Source: Mayamaea pseudoterrestris
Lineage: Eukaryota
Direction of reading: 5' to 3'
DNA: 64,000 bases
NCBI GenBank assembly: GCA_027923505.1
Contig: BROI01000014.1
Span: 620,001 to 684,000, forward strand
Part shown: positions 59,315 through 64,000 of the stretch, one piece after another
Layout of the letters: every line of letters begins with the position of its first letter
Position numbering within the stretch: the stretch's first letter is position 1
Translations under genes and position numbers: made by a program
Notes under the pieces: generated by a model
What the model was told of the DNA's origin: nothing
The model's database searches: none
Seen by the model: the letters and a program-made list of their open reading frames with translations, nothing else

Positions 59315-62300
59315 ATGGCGACACAAGCACGAGGCCTTCAAAATTTTATTTCTGACTTGCGCAATGCAAAGGGAAAGGTAAGAAGAGTAACCGGCGAAGA
59401 CAACAAGTCGATCCGACGCCATGGTGGCCGATCATCGCCGTGCAGCCTTGCGCGCAGCGGTACTGAAAACGAGTTGTCAGCCAATGAGAAGACACCCTTT
59501 GGATCGACTTTGGCATTTGTATGGATGAATGACTTATGCCTCGAAGTTTCTTTGAAGAAAATAGCCAGATTTGGTCATTATAACCCTTGCGAGACCACCA
59601 TGATGGCGGACATGTTTACGATGCTTTTGCTTAACCAGCGCTTGCTCTACCCTTTTTAGGACGACGAGAAGAAGCGCGTCGACAAGGAGCTTGCTAATAT
59701 ACGGAAGAATTTTACGCCAAAGGGTGGGAAATTGGCTGACGACGGAAGCAATCCGAGTCTGTCGTCGTATCAACGCAAAAAATATGTTTGGAAGCTTGTT
59801 TACATTCATGTGCTTGGATACGATGTCGATTTTGGCCACGCAGAGGTTTTAGTGTTAGTGAAGTCTCCAAAGTACTCGGAGAAGCTTGTTGGATACACGG
59901 CGTTGAGCCTGTTAATGCGCGGTGACGATTCTTCGATAGGCTCGATTCGAAGCACCATTGTAAAAGACTTGACGCAACCGACTGCCGCCAGCTCGAAAAG
60001 CGGCGTCCCTCCAGATGCAGCACAATCACTGGCTTTATGTTGTACTGCAAATATTGTTGGGCTTGAGTTGATCCAGTCGCTGCATGTCGAAGTTCAGCAA
60101 ACGCTTGTAGCCAAAGCCACGAGCTCTTACGTCAAGAAGAAAGCTGCACTTTGTCTTTTGCGACTGGCACGTACCAGTGCCAAGCTTATACAAAGCAGAG
60201 AATTTGCGCCGCAAGTTGCGCAGCTGCTTCAAGATCGTCATCTAGGTGTGCTGACGAGCACCATGGGTCTTTTGTACGGATTGGCAACGCAGGTTCCTTC
60301 CGAGTATGTTAGTCTCATACCATATGCGGTTCACATTCTTGGGATGCTAGTCTTGAAAAAGGCATGCGCTCGCGAATACTTGTACTATCGCACTCCAAGT
60401 CCATGGCTGCAGATTAAGCTGCTGAAGTTTTTGCAACTGTACCCACAGGCGCTAGTTTCTAATGGCGAGGAAGAATCGGCCAGCAACGGTGGCGGTGCCC
60501 ACATTTCGCAATTGACGAGCATTATTTCTAAGATATTGACCGAAACAGATGTATCTGACTCGATCAATAAATCGAATGCGGATCACGCTGTGTTGTTCGA
60601 AGCAGTGAATTTGATCGTATGTTGGGGGTCCTCAAGTCCACCTCAATTGCGAGAAGGAGCGATGAAGCTGCTTGGTAAATTCATTTCTGTCCGCGAGCCA
60701 AACATTCGATACCTTGGACTGATGACGATGGCAAAATTGGCGCATTTAGAAGGCAGCATTGAGGCAATCAAGAAACATCAAGCCACGGTCCTCGTTTCGT
60801 TGAAAGACGCTGATATTAGCGTTCGTCGCCGAGCATTGGATCTTTTGTTCGTCATGTGCGATACGGATAATGCCGAGAGGATTGTTGACGAGCTTGTCGC
60901 TCACCTCGCCCAGGCCGATGCTGCAATCCGCGAAGAGATGGTGCTCAAAATAGCAATTCTCGCTGAGAAGTACGCGACTGATCTTCGCTGGTATGTTGAC
61001 ACGATATTAAAGCTCATCTCAATCAGTGGCGACTACGTCAGCGACGCTATTTGGCATCGAGTCGTTCAAATTGTTACAAATCACCCTCAAGGGGACTTGC
61101 AGGCCTACACGGCTGCCACGCTTTTAGTTGCGACAAGTCCTCGTCGGTGCCACGTGACAACTGTGCGTGTTGCGGCCTACATACTCGGCGAATTTGGGTT
61201 TTTGATTGCGGAACGACCCGGCATGAGTGGAGAGGAGCAGTTTAGGATCCTACACCAGCACTGGCCCACAGCTGATAGCCAGACGCGGTCTGTTCTGTTG
61301 ACAACATATGCCAAGCTGTCAAACTTGTACGAGGAATGTCGACCATTGGTTGCGCCAGTTTTTGCAAGATGTAGCAATAGTGTCGAAGTGGAAGTTCAAC
61401 AACGCGCCGCTGAGTATTCTTCGATGAGGGAAGCCTTCAATCCCGAGGCAGTGGAAGATTTGCTTCGCGAGATGCCTCCATTTGAAGAAAAGAAAACGAG
61501 CGCATTAGAGCAGCGACTTCGAGAAAAGGAAGGCGAAGAAAGTGCTGCTGTCCAAAAAGCTCAAAGGCCGAGCGCGGCACAACGAAAACGAGCTGCGCAA
61601 AGCGCTGCAGCGGCGAAAGCAGTCGAAGAAGTGGCCAAGGCGGAGCTTCAAGAAGAGCCCGACGACCCCGTCAGCCCCATTAGTGGTAAGTATTCTAGGA
61701 ATTGGATGCTATTTGAAAGCAAGCAGTGCTTATCTTACGTTGTTTCTTATTGAACCATTAGACGGAAGCCCAGGAACTGCAAAAGATTTCAATCGCACCG
61801 AAAAAATTGGTATTCCGAAAGAAGTCATACCAGCCATGCGAAAAGCCTTTTCGAATCTCTGCACATCGCCATCTGGAGTACTGTTTGAAAATGCGCTCCT
61901 TCAAGTTGGTGTGAAGCATGAATACGTCGGTGCTCAAGGCCGCGTTTCCATATTTTTTGGCAATTTGAGCAAAGCACCTTTGCACAACTTCCGCGCAATT
62001 ATTGATGAAGTCGATCATCTTAATATTCAAAAGCAAGGAACACAAGGTCTCCTCGATCCGGACGACGACGGTGGCTGCACCGTAGCCGTTAGAACCCAAG
62101 CGAAGTTGCTTTTGATTGTCGAATGTGCCGCACCATTTGATGATGCTCCTGCCATGCGCGTGGCATTTACAACTGATGGTGGCGAGTACCATGAGTATCC
62201 ATTGCGCCTTCCTATCGTCGCAACTTGCTTCATGGAACCTGTTTCCCTTGAGCCTCAGCCATTTATGCAGCGATGGAAGAGTCTAGAGGGTCAGGATCGC

Positions 62301-62624
62301 GAGTGTCAAGAGGTCATAAAGGCGCCGCCAAATGCTCCTCCCATTGACGAAGAGTACATGGAACGAATCTCGGCAATTGTCACGGACGGACTAAAATTCG
62401 GGCGTTGTCCTGGTTGCGATCCAACACCCTGGACCGTCTCGGGAGCTGCGACATTTCGGACTGTGGCAAAAGATGCGAATGGCAACAACATTAATGTCGG
62501 CTGTTTGGTTCGCGTTGAAGCCAATCCGCAGGCTGGAGCATTCCGAGTCACAACACGAACCCTGCATCCGTTATGCTCCAAAGCGATTAAGAACGTTGCA
62601 CTTGTGAGCATAAAACTGGCTTAA
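59315..62624 (+). CDS. AP2A: AP-2 complex subunit alpha; 3 exons (introns 59378-59659, 61686-61761)
   Basis: RGLQNFISDLRNAK, KRVDKELANIR, YQRKKYVWKL, PWLQIKLL and NIRYLGL, followed by the appendage domain GVLFEN...QVG. Confidence 0.95.
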
Positions 62625-62681
62625 GGACGCAAGTGTCGCATGTAGCATTTAAGTCGCATGCTATATTGTACCAATGTTAGT

Positions 62682-64000
62682 CTATGCGTTATGTAATATG
62701 CTGGAGGCTTGAGCTAGAGACGCACGAAGACCCCAGTAGTTCAGTTGCAGAGCTGACTCTGTCATCTCCACATTGTGTATACGATTCTTCAGAGCTTTTA
62801 ATGTATTTGTCATCTCGGCATCAAAGTCACTTTGCGTGGCAAAGTCGCCGTAGCCTTTACTGTCGACAAGCCGCTTTATTTCAGGCGGCAGACTTTCAAA
62901 TGGATATGTTGCCTTCGTGCCACGCACTTTGTTTTTCGACAAAAGGCTTTCGATCTTCTCCCATAATAACGGTTCGTCGTACCAAATACAGTTGCCACCC
63001 TCGTCAAAATCCCTCGTGTCCGAAAGAGGCGGTTTCTCGCCCTTCCGGCACATCCAAACCCTTTCCTTAACTGCGCTTACGAAGCTGATAGTAAGACCCA
63101 TGCGTTCAGCTCGCCCGACTCTCCCACAGCGATGAATGTAGACCTCCGGTGTATCCGGTAGAGTCATGTTGATGACAAACGGCAGACCCTGAATGTCAAT
63201 TCCGCGAGCTGCAACGTCTGTCGCGAGGAGAATGCGTACAGTCCTCAATTTGAATTTCTCAAGACTTTCCTTCCGCTCCTGCATCCTCCGCATACCCGCC
63301 AGCACCGCAAAGCTGTACTTTTCAACGTATCCTTTTCCATCGGTTTGGCTCAAGCTTTTCAAGTACTTTTCGGTTTGATTACAATCTAAATTTGTTCGAC
63401 AGAATACCAACACTTGGTCCATGTCAAACCTATCAATCGTCTCGAGAAGTAAACGCATCTTCACCTGCTTAATCTTTTCGCTGTTAGCTTCTTCATCATC
63501 AAGCCCATCAAAAGAGACCGGCGCTTCCAAGTTCCCGCCTCGATGGACGCTGTCTGTTTGCAGCAGATGCGCACTAGAGTCAAATGCAGACGGATGAACT
63601 TCAATTACAAAATGATGAACTGTCTCGGGAAGAATACTGTCATTTTGTTTTAACTTTATCCACGTTGGCCGGTGACAGAGGGTGCCAGCCAGTTCTTGCA
63701 CCTGCTTACTTTCAAGAGTTGCCGAGAAGAAGCACACTTGGAGACGTTCAAATCGGGAAGTAATTTGGTTGCTGGCGACGAGTAACCTTCCATAGATGGA
63801 CTTGATGCCTTTGATCGACTCTTTATTGCTAATTAGCTCGTCTGCTTCATCTAATACCAGGATACGCCCGTTCGATGTCTGGATTGTTCCCTTTTTCACA
63901 TAAGACGCCATGATAGGCGGAGTGCCGACGATGATATCTACCAGTCCTTCCTTAAGCAGATCAATTGTGACTCTCGGATTGATCCCGCCCACAAGCAGTG
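62682..64000 (-). CDS. DDX1: DEAD-box RNA helicase, DDX1-like (5' part outside the window)
   Basis: Motifs DEAD, SAT, TDVAARGID and HRCGRVGRAERMG, plus the DDX1-type tail KERVW...EGGNCIWYDE. Confidence 0.85.
   Translation of the reverse strand, partial: LLVGGINPRVTIDLLKEGLVDIIVGTPPIMASYVKKGTIQTSNGRILVLDEADELISNKESIKGIKSIYGRLLVASNQITSRFERLQVCFFSATLESKQVQELAGTLCHRPTWIKLKQNDSILPETVHHFVIEVHPSAFDSSAHLLQTDSVHRGGNLEAPVSFDGLDDEEANSEKIKQVKMRLLLETIDRFDMDQVLVFCRTNLDCNQTEKYLKSLSQTDGKGYVEKYSFAVLAGMRRMQERKESLEKFKLRTVRILLATDVAARGIDIQGLPFVINMTLPDTPEVYIHRCGRVGRAERMGLTISFVSAVKERVWMCRKGEKPPLSDTRDFDEGGNCIWYDEPLLWEKIESLLSKNKVRGTKATYPFESLPPEIKRLVDSKGYGDFATQSDFDAEMTNTLKALKNRIHNVEMTESALQLNYWGLRASLAQASSILHNA

Overview
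Gene-dense eukaryotic nuclear DNA (about 50% GC) with short GT-AG introns and several bipartite signal-peptide/ASAFAP-type plastid presequences. This points to a secondary-plastid alga, most likely a diatom (inference). About 28 protein-coding genes can be supported: FAN1-like (partial, missing from the ORF track), an intradiol-dioxygenase-like secreted protein, QCR9, an RNA m5U methyltransferase, a stand-alone SelD-N-terminal-like flavoprotein, plastid Obg, Ste24, an AKR, DnaJ, a VAMP7-like SNARE, NOL10, a PX-BAR sorting nexin, two tandem EGF membrane proteins, a head-to-head pair of phosphoglycerate dehydrogenases, a polyQ Cys/His-domain protein, a RibD-C reductase, a metallophosphoesterase, Prp22, a Popeye-domain protein, POR, AP-2 alpha and a DDX1-like helicase (partial). 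The outstanding non-coding feature is a ~12.2 kb tandem array of a 169-bp monomer (~72 copies, 37815-50021). It carries a conserved 19-bp palindrome, is CpG-depleted, contains duplicated multi-monomer blocks, keeps the same older variant at both edges, is bounded by an 11-bp direct repeat, and has one ~173-bp foreign insert. Exon boundaries were read by eye and no database searches were run.
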